A DNA stretch of 32,000 nucleotides from Candidatus Scalindua sp. (GTDB lineage: Bacteria; Planctomycetota; Brocadiia; Brocadiales; Scalinduaceae): contig JALDRA010000001.1 of NCBI GenBank assembly GCA_031316235.1, positions 870,001-902,000 on the forward strand, read 5' to 3'. The notes beneath the pieces were generated by a model. The model was given only the letters and a program-made list of their open reading frames with translations, was not told the origin of the DNA and made no database searches. Positions 19,556 to 27,154 of the stretch are shown piece after piece; within the stretch, counting starts at the first letter, position 1, and every line of letters starts with the position of its first letter. Made by a program: the position numbers and the translations under genes.

Positions 19556-19667
19556 TATACTAAAACCGATTTGGTTTTCGGTTTTACCGGAAACCAAATC
19601 CTGGTGAAGGTATACTCGCTCAAATTTATCTCGGATTTTATCCGAAAACCACTATGAGATGAGTATA
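19556..19667 (-). repeat. structured intergenic repeat, copy B (108-bp core 19558-19665 flanked by TA/TA), short variant, inverted orientation
   Basis: The reverse complement aligns end-to-end with copies A and C. It lacks the 25-27 nt central hairpin cassette. The 3' 53 nt are identical to copy C. Confidence 0.85.
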
Positions 19668-19731
19668 CCCATTGTCTGTTAAAACGGTGCGGTAGATCAT
19701 TACATATTACTATTTAACAATCGGGGGAGAT

Positions 19732-20742
19732 ATGACAGTAAATTATAAAGATTTAGGACTGGTTAACACAAAAAAGATGTTCAAAAAAGCCTTTGAGGGC
19801 AAGTTTGCTATCCCTGCATATAATTTCAATAACATGGAGCAGCTTCAGGCAATCGTAATGGCCTGCGCTGAATCTGATTCTCCCTTTATCCTTCAGGTAT
19901 CAAGCGGAGCACGTAAATACGCGAACCAGTTCCTTCTCACCCATATGGCGAAAGGTGCAGGCGAAATGTTAAAAGATTTGAACCCTCACTTGAAATTTGC
20001 CCTGCACCTCGACCATGGCGACACCTTTGAACTCTGCAAATCCTGCGTAGATTCCGGTTTCTCTTCTGTAATGATTGACGGGTCTCACCACCCGTTTGAT
20101 AAGAACATTACGCTTACAAAGCAGGTTGTCGAATACGCTCACAAATATGATGTAACCGTGGAAGGCGAACTTGGAGTCCTTGCCGGCATCGAAGATGATG
20201 TAGTCGCTGAAAAATCAACCTACACACAACCCGATGAAGTGGAAGAATTCGTACAGAAATCTGGAGTCGATTCACTTGCAATCTCTATAGGAACCTCCCA
20301 TGGCGCCAACAAATTTAAACCCGAACAATGCACAAAAAATGAAGAGGGTGTGCTTATTCCTCCTCCATTAAAATTTGATATTCTTGAAGAGATCGAAAAG
20401 AGAATTCCCGGCTTCCCTATCGTACTCCACGGAGCTTCATCTGTTGTCCCGAAGTATGTGAATTTAATTAACAGCCATGGCGGAAAAGTCCGGAACGCTG
20501 TTGGTATACCGGAAGAACAACTTCGAAAAGCGGCAAGATCTGCAGTTTGTAAGATTAACATCGATTCAGACGGAAGACTTGCAATGACGGCTATCATCCG
20601 TAAGGTTTTTGCTGAGAATCCGGCTGAATTCGATCCACGGAAGTATCTCGGACCGGCAAGGGATGAGCTCAGGAAAATGATCATGGAGAAAAACATGAAT
20701 GTACTTGGCTCTGCAGGGAAGGGCAGGGAAATTTTTTCTTAA
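19732..20742 (+). CDS. fba: class II fructose-bisphosphate aldolase
   Basis: 336-aa ORF. LHLDHG, SVMIDGS, EGELG, GTSHG and LHGASS motifs. GGGGGAG Shine-Dalgarno upstream. Confidence 0.9.
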   Translation: MTVNYKDLGLVNTKKMFKKAFEGKFAIPAYNFNNMEQLQAIVMACAESDSPFILQVSSGARKYANQFLLTHMAKGAGEMLKDLNPHLKFALHLDHGDTFELCKSCVDSGFSSVMIDGSHHPFDKNITLTKQVVEYAHKYDVTVEGELGVLAGIEDDVVAEKSTYTQPDEVEEFVQKSGVDSLAISIGTSHGANKFKPEQCTKNEEGVLIPPPLKFDILEEIEKRIPGFPIVLHGASSVVPKYVNLINSHGGKVRNAVGIPEEQLRKAARSAVCKINIDSDGRLAMTAIIRKVFAENPAEFDPRKYLGPARDELRKMIMEKNMNVLGSAGKGREIFS

Positions 20743-21620
20743 CGTAACCCCCATTCTTTCAGCAAGTTGCCTCTATATTTTTCAGTAAATTGATCAATCC
20801 CGACCTGCCAGTGAGGCATTATGTTGCCCCCCTGCTCCTTTAACCTCCTGTTTTCAAGGATAGAATTGTGAGGCCTGACGGCAGGTGTCGGATAATCACA
20901 CGTACTGCATGGAATGAGTCGGTGTTTCACATCCATCTTTTCCAGAAAATAAGTTGCTAACTCATACCAGGTACAATATCCCTCCGAGGTTGCATGAAAG
21001 GTCCCCTGTCCATCCATTTCGACCAATTTATTGATCTGGAGTGCCAGATGGTACGACCAGGTAGGAGAACCAAACTGATCGTCCACTACCTTTAATCTCC
21101 TTTCAGGCTCTTGTAAAGCGACTCTAAGCATGGTTCTCAAAAAATTGTACCCGTGAAGACCATACACCCAGGCAGTCCGGACAATCATGTGATTGCTGTT
21201 CACTCTTCGTACCGCAATTTCCCCTTTAAGCTTGGTTTTGCCATAATAAGAAAGAGGACAAGGCTCATCCTCTTCCACATAAGGTTCCGGGAGATTTTTT
21301 CTCCCATCAAAGACATAATCTGTAGAGATGTGGATCAATTTGCTTCCATGTTCACAGGCACTTAAGGCAAGTTTTTGAGTACCCTCTACATTTACTTTCC
21401 ACGCCAGCTCTCTCTCTGATTCACAGGCATCCACCTTCGTAAAGGCTGCACAATTGACAACAAAATCAGGGTTGTTTTCATTGAAATACTCCTGGATTGT
21501 CTCCTGATTGGTTATATCCAGTTCCTTTGAATTGAGACCAACAACATCATGTGAACACTGTAAAACCTGTTTACAGTCAGTGCCCAACTGCCCATTACTC
21601 CCCGTTACCAGGATCTTCAT
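20739..21620 (-). CDS. rfbD: dTDP-4-dehydrorhamnose reductase
   Basis: 293-aa ORF. MKILVTGSNGQLG Rossmann motif, STDYVFDG and YGKTKLKGE motifs. Confidence 0.9.
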   Translation of the reverse strand: MKILVTGSNGQLGTDCKQVLQCSHDVVGLNSKELDITNQETIQEYFNENNPDFVVNCAAFTKVDACESERELAWKVNVEGTQKLALSACEHGSKLIHISTDYVFDGRKNLPEPYVEEDEPCPLSYYGKTKLKGEIAVRRVNSNHMIVRTAWVYGLHGYNFLRTMLRVALQEPERRLKVVDDQFGSPTWSYHLALQINKLVEMDGQGTFHATSEGYCTWYELATYFLEKMDVKHRLIPCSTCDYPTPAVRPHNSILENRRLKEQGGNIMPHWQVGIDQFTEKYRGNLLKEWGLR

Positions 21621-21930
21621 AATTTTACCCTCAGTACACCCCAGGGGTCTCTCTTATTACTATTTCTTTGAGGAACCAGACTCATTCACGAATAAATATG
21701 TTGCAATTTTAAACACACACGTCATGGAAATCAATCAGGAAATTTCCTCAATCTTACTCTTGCTTTTCCTTCTGCTATGTCTCATAATATGAAAAACCTG
21801 CTCCTGGCTCACCAGCTTCTGAAAAATAAATCAGGGCAGGAATAATAAAAAGACTCACTCTTTTCCAATGCTGTGCATGAAAGAGAGTGCGCTTGCATCG
21901 CGAAAAAAGCTGATTGGTAGGAGAGCACGA

Positions 21931-23070
21931 ATGATCAGAAAACCATTTCTTCTCAAGATTTATGAAGCTGCCAGTATGCAGAGGTGGAATGACCAGATAC
22001 GCCCTGTGGAGCTGACTGAATTAGATAAACAGGCACACAAAATGATAATCACATACGTCCTGGGAAAGTGTGAAGAGGAGAATAAAAACCCAGATTTTGA
22101 CTGGGTAGAGATTATAGAAGGTGGAATTTTTGAATTCTTACAACGTATCATACTTACCGATCTAAAACCGCCGTTATTTCATAAAATAAAAGAAAACCGG
22201 GAAAAGTATCATCAACTCAATGAATGGGTATATGATAAAATAAGTTCTGTAATCTCTCCATTCGGCGAGGAATTTTGTAAGCGATTCAAAGACTACCTTA
22301 TGGAAAGAGAAAAAAACATAAACAGCAGGATCCTTAACGCCTCCCACTTCCACGCAACAAAGTGGGAATTCGATATAATAGAACGCTTCAATCCGAATGG
22401 GCATCTCATCGAAGAGATAAAGACCGATATTCAAAATAAGCAGAATAATTATCATGACTTGCAATGTATCCAGAAACTTTCAACCTTACCGCGATTACAA
22501 GATTTTCTCAACATTTGTGGTCAATTACGTTTTCAGATACGCTGGAGCCATCTTCACAGGGTACCAAAGACTTCTGTCCTGGGACATATGTTGATTGTTG
22601 CAATCTTTTCTTACCTGTTTTCGTTACAGCTGAATGCTGAAAAGAGAAGGTGTGTCAATAATTTCTTTACCGGTCTGTTTCACGACTTGCCCGAAGTACT
22701 CACACGGGATATAATTAACCCCGTGAAAAGAGCTGTTGAGGGATTGAAAGATTTAATCAATGAGTATGAACGTGAAGAAATGGAGAGAAAAATATACAGG
22801 CTAATGCCGGAGAAATGGCTTCCTGAAATGAAGACCTTTACGGAAAACGAATTTACCAGGATTATCAACCCTGAAGGTAAACTGGTTAGAGACGGTGAAC
22901 TGCTTAAGGCAATAGATGACCTGTCCGCCTTTATTGAAGTATATTTAGCTTTGAAAAATGGAATACATAGTGAATCACTCGAAGGTGCTAAATACTCCAT
23001 AATAGAACAATACAGGCATCGAACTATTTCAGGTATAAATTTTGGGCAAATTTACGCAGATTTTGATTAA
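21931..23070 (+). CDS. tandem YfbR-like HD-domain phosphohydrolase (degenerate N-terminal copy plus intact C-terminal copy)
   Basis: The C-terminal half has RW..H (SVLGHML), FHDLPEVLTRDIINPVK and a KAIDDLSA-type motif like 5'-deoxynucleotidase YfbR. The N-terminal half repeats the pattern (MQRW, ILTDLKPPL) but has FE in place of HD. AGGAG lies 7 nt upstream of the ATG at 21931. The track start at 21868 is an alternative. Confidence 0.8.
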   Translation: MIRKPFLLKIYEAASMQRWNDQIRPVELTELDKQAHKMIITYVLGKCEEENKNPDFDWVEIIEGGIFEFLQRIILTDLKPPLFHKIKENREKYHQLNEWVYDKISSVISPFGEEFCKRFKDYLMEREKNINSRILNASHFHATKWEFDIIERFNPNGHLIEEIKTDIQNKQNNYHDLQCIQKLSTLPRLQDFLNICGQLRFQIRWSHLHRVPKTSVLGHMLIVAIFSYLFSLQLNAEKRRCVNNFFTGLFHDLPEVLTRDIINPVKRAVEGLKDLINEYEREEMERKIYRLMPEKWLPEMKTFTENEFTRIINPEGKLVRDGELLKAIDDLSAFIEVYLALKNGIHSESLEGAKYSIIEQYRHRTISGINFGQIYADFD

Positions 23071-23138
23071 AAGGTTTTCCTGCATAACATCCCGATTGAT
23101 CCAAAATCAAAAACTGGTGCTTACGCTATTCGGTTTAT

Positions 23139-23210
23139 TACGCATCTTATAATGGTTTTCGGATATCTTTCCCCTTTTTTGGTTCTGGTTTGGACAGATC
23201 GGGTTTCAAC
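23139..23210 (+). repeat. structured intergenic repeat, copy D (degenerate internal-deletion derivative)
   Basis: tacgcatcttataatggttttcggata...ctggttt..acagatcgggtttcaac matches both ends of copies A and C, with most of the interior missing. Confidence 0.5.
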
Positions 23211-23272
23211 AAAATGAAACAAATGAAAGGTTTTTACTCTATCTTATTTTCATTTTAAAAAGGAGGAATGAT

Positions 23273-23509
23273 ATGGCATATGACCGGGAATTGGATGAAT
23301 GTCTGTTTTCAAAATATGAGGAAAAAGAATCAGAGCGGTTAATCGTAGGTATATATTCATATAATAAAGGCATGAAAAAACTGCAGCTTTCAAGAGAAAA
23401 TAAGGACAACCAGGGGAATTTCAAGTTTGCGAAACTCGGAAGATTAACCAGGGAAGAGGTGGAATTACTGATTCCCCTGTTGCAGGAAGCGGCCAAACAC
23501 ATGGATTAA
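23273..23509 (+). CDS. small conserved-looking protein, possibly PC4/YdbC-like ssDNA-binding fold
   Basis: 78-aa ORF with a strong AGGAGG Shine-Dalgarno 7 nt upstream. The beta-rich N-terminus plus C-terminal helix (GRLTREEVELLIPLLQEA) recalls L. lactis YdbC (GKGITLSEEEFGVLLKEL). Fold call is from memory. Confidence 0.65.
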   Translation: MAYDRELDECLFSKYEEKESERLIVGIYSYNKGMKKLQLSRENKDNQGNFKFAKLGRLTREEVELLIPLLQEAAKHMD

Positions 23510-23551
23510 CGATGAAGGTCTTCCATTCCCTGCCAAGGAATTTATTTCATC

Positions 23552-23598
23552 GGGCAACGGCAGAGAGATGAAAAAAAAATCATCCCTCTGCGTTGCCC
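23552..23598 (+). terminator. long stem-loop downstream of the 78-aa gene (possible U-tract-less terminator or processing site)
   Basis: gggcaacg(g)cagag(a)gatga-A8-tcat(c)cctctgcgttgccc. This gives 18 bp (8+5+5) with one bulge and one mismatch, 43 nt after the stop codon. No 3' U-tract. Confidence 0.4.
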
Positions 23599-23838
23599 AG
23601 GCTGCTTTGTCGCCACCCCTGAAGACACCATGGTATCCCTTATCCTGGAAACCCCGCTTAACTGACAAACTATCAAGATTTAACTCTCAGTGTCTTCACA
23701 AAAAAATATCCTGTTTAAAAAAGCATGGACCGGCCTGAAACACATCATTAAAATACACGGTGTATTAAAAGTTGAGAAATTCTCCCCGGAGCCGATAAAC
23801 AGTGAGAACTATTGGAATGCTTTGGGTTAATGATGCCA

Positions 23839-23973
23839 TACTCATCTCATACTGGATTTCGGATAAAATCCGAGATAAAATTAAGCGAGTAAAGTCCTCG
23901 GTGCCTGGTCCGGGGAGACCTTCACCAGGATTTGGTTTCCGGTAAAACCGAAAACCAAATCGGTTTTAGTATA
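23839..23973 (+). repeat. structured intergenic repeat, copy C (133-bp core 23839-23971, flanks CA/TA)
   Basis: Near-identical to copy A, including the central hairpin cassette. It ends 5 nt before the ATG of the downstream TPR/peptidase gene. Confidence 0.85.
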
Positions 23974-23976
23974 TCT

Positions 23977-25248
23977 ATGATTAAGATCTTTTGTATCTAT
24001 ATTGAAACGGTGCTCATCCTCAGTGCCTTAATTGGAAACTCATTTGCTGATACTGCGTTCGAGCTTAATGAAACCGGCATCAGGTATATGAATTCTCATG
24101 ATTATGAATCAGCGATAGAGTCATTCCAGGAAGCCTTTTCACGCAAACCTGAGAACGATACAATCAAAAATAATCTCATGCATTCCTTTGCAGCACTTGC
24201 CCATGAAAACGCCAAGCTGGGTAATTGGGAAACAGCTATCACTACCATGTTAAAAGCTTGCGAACTGGATAGCAGCAATTCTGTCTTCATGCAGAATCTA
24301 TCTGTTTTTTACACAAACTTTGCCTATGTTCAAATGAAGCAGGGTCTTTCAAACCATGCCCATGACAATCTGAAAATAGCGTTACAATACGACAGGAATA
24401 ATTGGACCGCATATGTTTCTCTTGGCAGTTTAATGTATAATCAGGGAAACATTAAAGAAGCTGTGAAATGCTGGAAAGAAGCCCTGTCGCTTAATCCGGA
24501 GCTGAATGAAATCAAAAAGCGAGTTGAAACACTTGGGAACGAACTCAACATTGAAGAGAAGTTCAGAAATAAGCAATTTATGTATTTCGACGTAAAATAC
24601 GAGGGATATGAAAAAAACAATCTGGCCTGGAAAGTTGTTGAGATTCTCCGTGAAGCGTATACCCAGCTGGGTCATGATTTCAAATACTATCCGCAGCGAA
24701 AGATACCCGTAATCATTTACACGAAAGAACAGTTTCAGCAAGCCACAGGAACACCCGATTGGATTGGAGGCTTATACGACGGAATCATTCGGGTTACAGC
24801 GTCTACTATTGAGGGAAAAACAAGACAGTTAGAGAACACCCTTTATCACGAATACACCCATGCCTTATTACATCAGAAAACAGGTAACAATCTTCCTCTC
24901 TGGTTAAATGAAGGTATAGCACAGTTTATGGAGCCGGGCAGCAATATCGAAAAAAGGAACGAAATTACTTTTCTGAAAAAATGCCTCAACGATGGAAGTT
25001 TCATACCTCTTTCTGATTTAAATAATGCCTTACTGCAGCGAAATAACAGAGAACGTTTAAACCTTGCGTACATTGAAGCAAAAAATCTCGTACAATACAT
25101 AAATGAGACCTACCTTTTTTACCGTATCGTCTTCATTTTAGATGAACTCATTACCGGTAAAACCATTGAAGAAGCTCTAGAAGAGACGATTTTTATCGAT
25201 ACCAAAGCTCTGGAAAACGGCTGGTTACAATGGCTGCATTCCAGATAG
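23977..25248 (+). CDS. secreted TPR-repeat protein with C-terminal MA-clan zinc-metallopeptidase-like domain
   Basis: From ATG 23977 the signal peptide reads MIKIFCIYIETVLILSALIGNSFA. TPR units follow, then HEYTHALLH (HExxH) and NEGIAQFME. The track start at 23932 (TTG) reads through the repeat and is unlikely. Confidence 0.85.
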   Translation: MIKIFCIYIETVLILSALIGNSFADTAFELNETGIRYMNSHDYESAIESFQEAFSRKPENDTIKNNLMHSFAALAHENAKLGNWETAITTMLKACELDSSNSVFMQNLSVFYTNFAYVQMKQGLSNHAHDNLKIALQYDRNNWTAYVSLGSLMYNQGNIKEAVKCWKEALSLNPELNEIKKRVETLGNELNIEEKFRNKQFMYFDVKYEGYEKNNLAWKVVEILREAYTQLGHDFKYYPQRKIPVIIYTKEQFQQATGTPDWIGGLYDGIIRVTASTIEGKTRQLENTLYHEYTHALLHQKTGNNLPLWLNEGIAQFMEPGSNIEKRNEITFLKKCLNDGSFIPLSDLNNALLQRNNRERLNLAYIEAKNLVQYINETYLFYRIVFILDELITGKTIEEALEETIFIDTKALENGWLQWLHSR

Positions 25249-25340
25249 AAAACAGGTACCGTGAAACGTATCCATTACAAGGAGCGTAGTTTCCGTATAC
25301 TCAGAGGATACCCTCGAAGCAAGAAAGCCATCTCAATTAT

Positions 25341-25724
25341 TTATCTCTTCTCCTGTATCAGCGGTAATATCGTTCGAGAGATAACAAATCTGCTCTTGGC
25401 AACAGATCGATACAGTGCATACAGAAAGAGATGAATTACAGGTACTCTAAAAAAAAATGATACCCATCTAAAGTACCGAAGTCGACAAAGTATTTCAGGT
25501 AAAGATTTCTCACCGAGCAGAATTTTCCTGTCAGGCAACACCACATGGAGGGTTTCCAGACAGCTTTTTTCACTTATTTCCGGAAATCTGACTTTTCGTT
25601 CCTCAGACTGGCATGGAATAAACTCAAAAATATTCTTCCTGACTGCATGCAGTTTGATCCATTGCATGCACCCACAACATAAACTGCAGCCGGCATCAAA
25701 AATGATAATAACAGGTTCTGGCAT
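25341..25724 (-). CDS. thiol-disulfide oxidoreductase DCC family (DUF393) protein
   Basis: 127-aa ORF with an N-terminal IIFDAGCSLCCGCMQW motif (D-x-x-C-x-x-C type). Confidence 0.8.
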   Translation of the reverse strand: MPEPVIIIFDAGCSLCCGCMQWIKLHAVRKNIFEFIPCQSEERKVRFPEISEKSCLETLHVVLPDRKILLGEKSLPEILCRLRYFRWVSFFFRVPVIHLFLYALYRSVAKSRFVISRTILPLIQEKR

Positions 25725-25803
25725 TTCATGTACCTTCTTGAATAGTTCTATTTAAATACCTTTACAGAAAATTACTTACAGATGCCAGGAAACAAAAATG
25801 CGC

Positions 25804-25831
25804 TTGACAATGACACTTTTTTTGATATTAT
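25804..25831 (+). promoter_or_regulatory. sigma70-type extended -10 promoter candidate for the nusA-infB operon
   Basis: TTGACA (25804-25809), 16-nt spacer ending in TGa, TATTAT (25826-25831). About 245 nt upstream of the nusA ATG. Confidence 0.5.
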
Positions 25832-26033
25832 CAGCTGTAAGTCAGTATGTGAGGCTTTTGCACTTCGTATGGTTAGATTTCGCAAAAAATGATTGCTTGA
25901 AATTTTAACATCTACTCACCTTTGATTCTATTGCTTCACTCCTCTGAGCTTCATCATCAGGATATACAGCTGTGCAAGGAAGTAAGATCTGATTGGACAT
26001 ATGTAACGAGCCGTAATTGTGTGTCAGATAATA

Positions 26034-26062
26034 GTGGGAACCTGCCCGCTTTTTTTATTTTT
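26034..26062 (+). terminator. weak intrinsic-terminator-like hairpin in the nusA leader (possible attenuator)
   Basis: GTGGG-aacctg-CCCGC (5 bp including one G-U) followed by T7-A-T5, ending 19 nt before the nusA ATG. Confidence 0.3.
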
Positions 26063-26080
26063 AGACTATGAAAGACTAAA

Positions 26081-27112
26081 ATGGATAAAGAAAGTTTGTT
26101 ACGATTGGTTGACATGTTACACAAGGATAAAGATATCGACAAGGATATTGTTTTCCAGGGTATTGAGTCAGCATTAGAATCTGCCACCAAAAAGCATTTA
26201 AAAACAGAATCAAACATTTCGATAAAAATAGATAGAGAAACTGGCGGTATTGTAGCATTACAGGGAGACCAGGAGGTTGATCTTTCTGATTTAGGAAGAA
26301 TAACCGCCCAGACTGCAAAACAGGTAATCATTCAAAAGATCAGAGAAGCTGAGAGAGACGTCCTCTTCGATGAATACAGCGGTAGAAAAGGCACCATTGT
26401 AAGCGGAACAGTTCAACGTTTTGAAGGATCAAACATTGTGGTAAATCTCAGTAAGATTGAAGGGTACCTACCCAAAGTTGAACAAATCAGTAATGAACAC
26501 TATCGAACTGGAGAAAGAATCAGATCTCTTGTTTTTGAAGTAAAAAAACTGGGTAATAAAGTAAGAATCCTGCTATCGAGAACTCATCCCCGTTTTGTCA
26601 GGCAGCTTTTCGAGCTTGAGGTACCAGAAATAATGGAAGAAAGCATTAAAATAAAAGGATTAGTGCGGGAAGCGGGATTCAGGACAAAGATCGCCGTTTA
26701 TTCGGAAGACCCAAACATTGATTGTGTAGGTGCATGTGTCGGTGTAAGGGGAACCAGAATCAAAAGCATCGTTGATGAATTAAATGGTGAGAAGATTGAC
26801 ATTATCCGCTGGGATGAAGAACCTGAAGTTTTTATCCCGAATACCCTGAAACCTGCTGAAGTTACGGGAATTTTACTCTCACCCGAAAATCAGGTAGCTA
26901 CCGTAGTAGTCCCCGATGATCAACTTTCACTCGCTATTGGTAAAAGAGGCCAGAACGTCAGGCTTGCATCAAAATTGGCAGGTTGGGATATCGATATAAT
27001 AACGGAGATAGAGCTTGAGCGAGAGCGGGAACGTGAAGAAGCAGAAAAACCAACAGGAGAGGAAGTTGAAGAAGCAACCTTAAATAATGGAGACGCAGAC
27101 GTCAATAAGTAA
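26081..27112 (+). CDS. nusA: transcription termination/antitermination factor NusA (short form, acidic tail, no AR1/AR2)
   Basis: 343-aa ORF with N-terminal domain, S1 (GTIVSGTVQRFEGSNIVVNL) and KH1/KH2 (GACVGVRGTRIKSI, AIGKRGQNVRLASKL). Confidence 0.95.
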   Translation: MDKESLLRLVDMLHKDKDIDKDIVFQGIESALESATKKHLKTESNISIKIDRETGGIVALQGDQEVDLSDLGRITAQTAKQVIIQKIREAERDVLFDEYSGRKGTIVSGTVQRFEGSNIVVNLSKIEGYLPKVEQISNEHYRTGERIRSLVFEVKKLGNKVRILLSRTHPRFVRQLFELEVPEIMEESIKIKGLVREAGFRTKIAVYSEDPNIDCVGACVGVRGTRIKSIVDELNGEKIDIIRWDEEPEVFIPNTLKPAEVTGILLSPENQVATVVVPDDQLSLAIGKRGQNVRLASKLAGWDIDIITEIELEREREREEAEKPTGEEVEEATLNNGDADVNK

Positions 27113-27154
27113 GGCCTGAGATGCTATTTTATGTAAGTATGAAAAAGGAGTCTT

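Noticed and set aside
21737-21748. Perfect 12-bp palindrome AGGAAATTTCCT in the rfbD/HD divergent region, and a 15-bp palindrome AATACACGGTGTATT at 23752-23766
   Set aside because: Several perfect palindromes of this size are expected by chance in 32 kb of AT-rich DNA (on the order of 32000 x 4^-6 and 32000 x 4^-7). There is no second copy or half-site array to support an operator.
23465-23668. 67-aa minus-strand ORF spanning the big hairpin
   Set aside because: It overlaps the 3' end of the well-signalled 78-aa gene and reads through both hairpin arms. It has no RBS.
23620-23698. 9-bp inverted repeat TGAAGACAC / GTGTCTTCA enclosing 61 nt
   Set aside because: About ten such 9-bp inverted repeats within 100 nt are expected by chance in this window. 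The interior has no supporting structure.
23932-23976. N-terminal 15-codon extension (TTG start) of the TPR/peptidase ORF
   Set aside because: It is a translation of repeat copy C. The ATG at 23977 gives a canonical signal peptide.
25832-26080. Search for a metY-like tRNA or a rimP ORF upstream of nusA, and a 3-codon mini-ORF ATG-AAA-GAC-TAA at 26068-26079
   Set aside because: There is no T-loop (GTTCGAAT-like) or cloverleaf, and no ORF longer than a few codons. The mini-ORF has no RBS and is too short to argue for.
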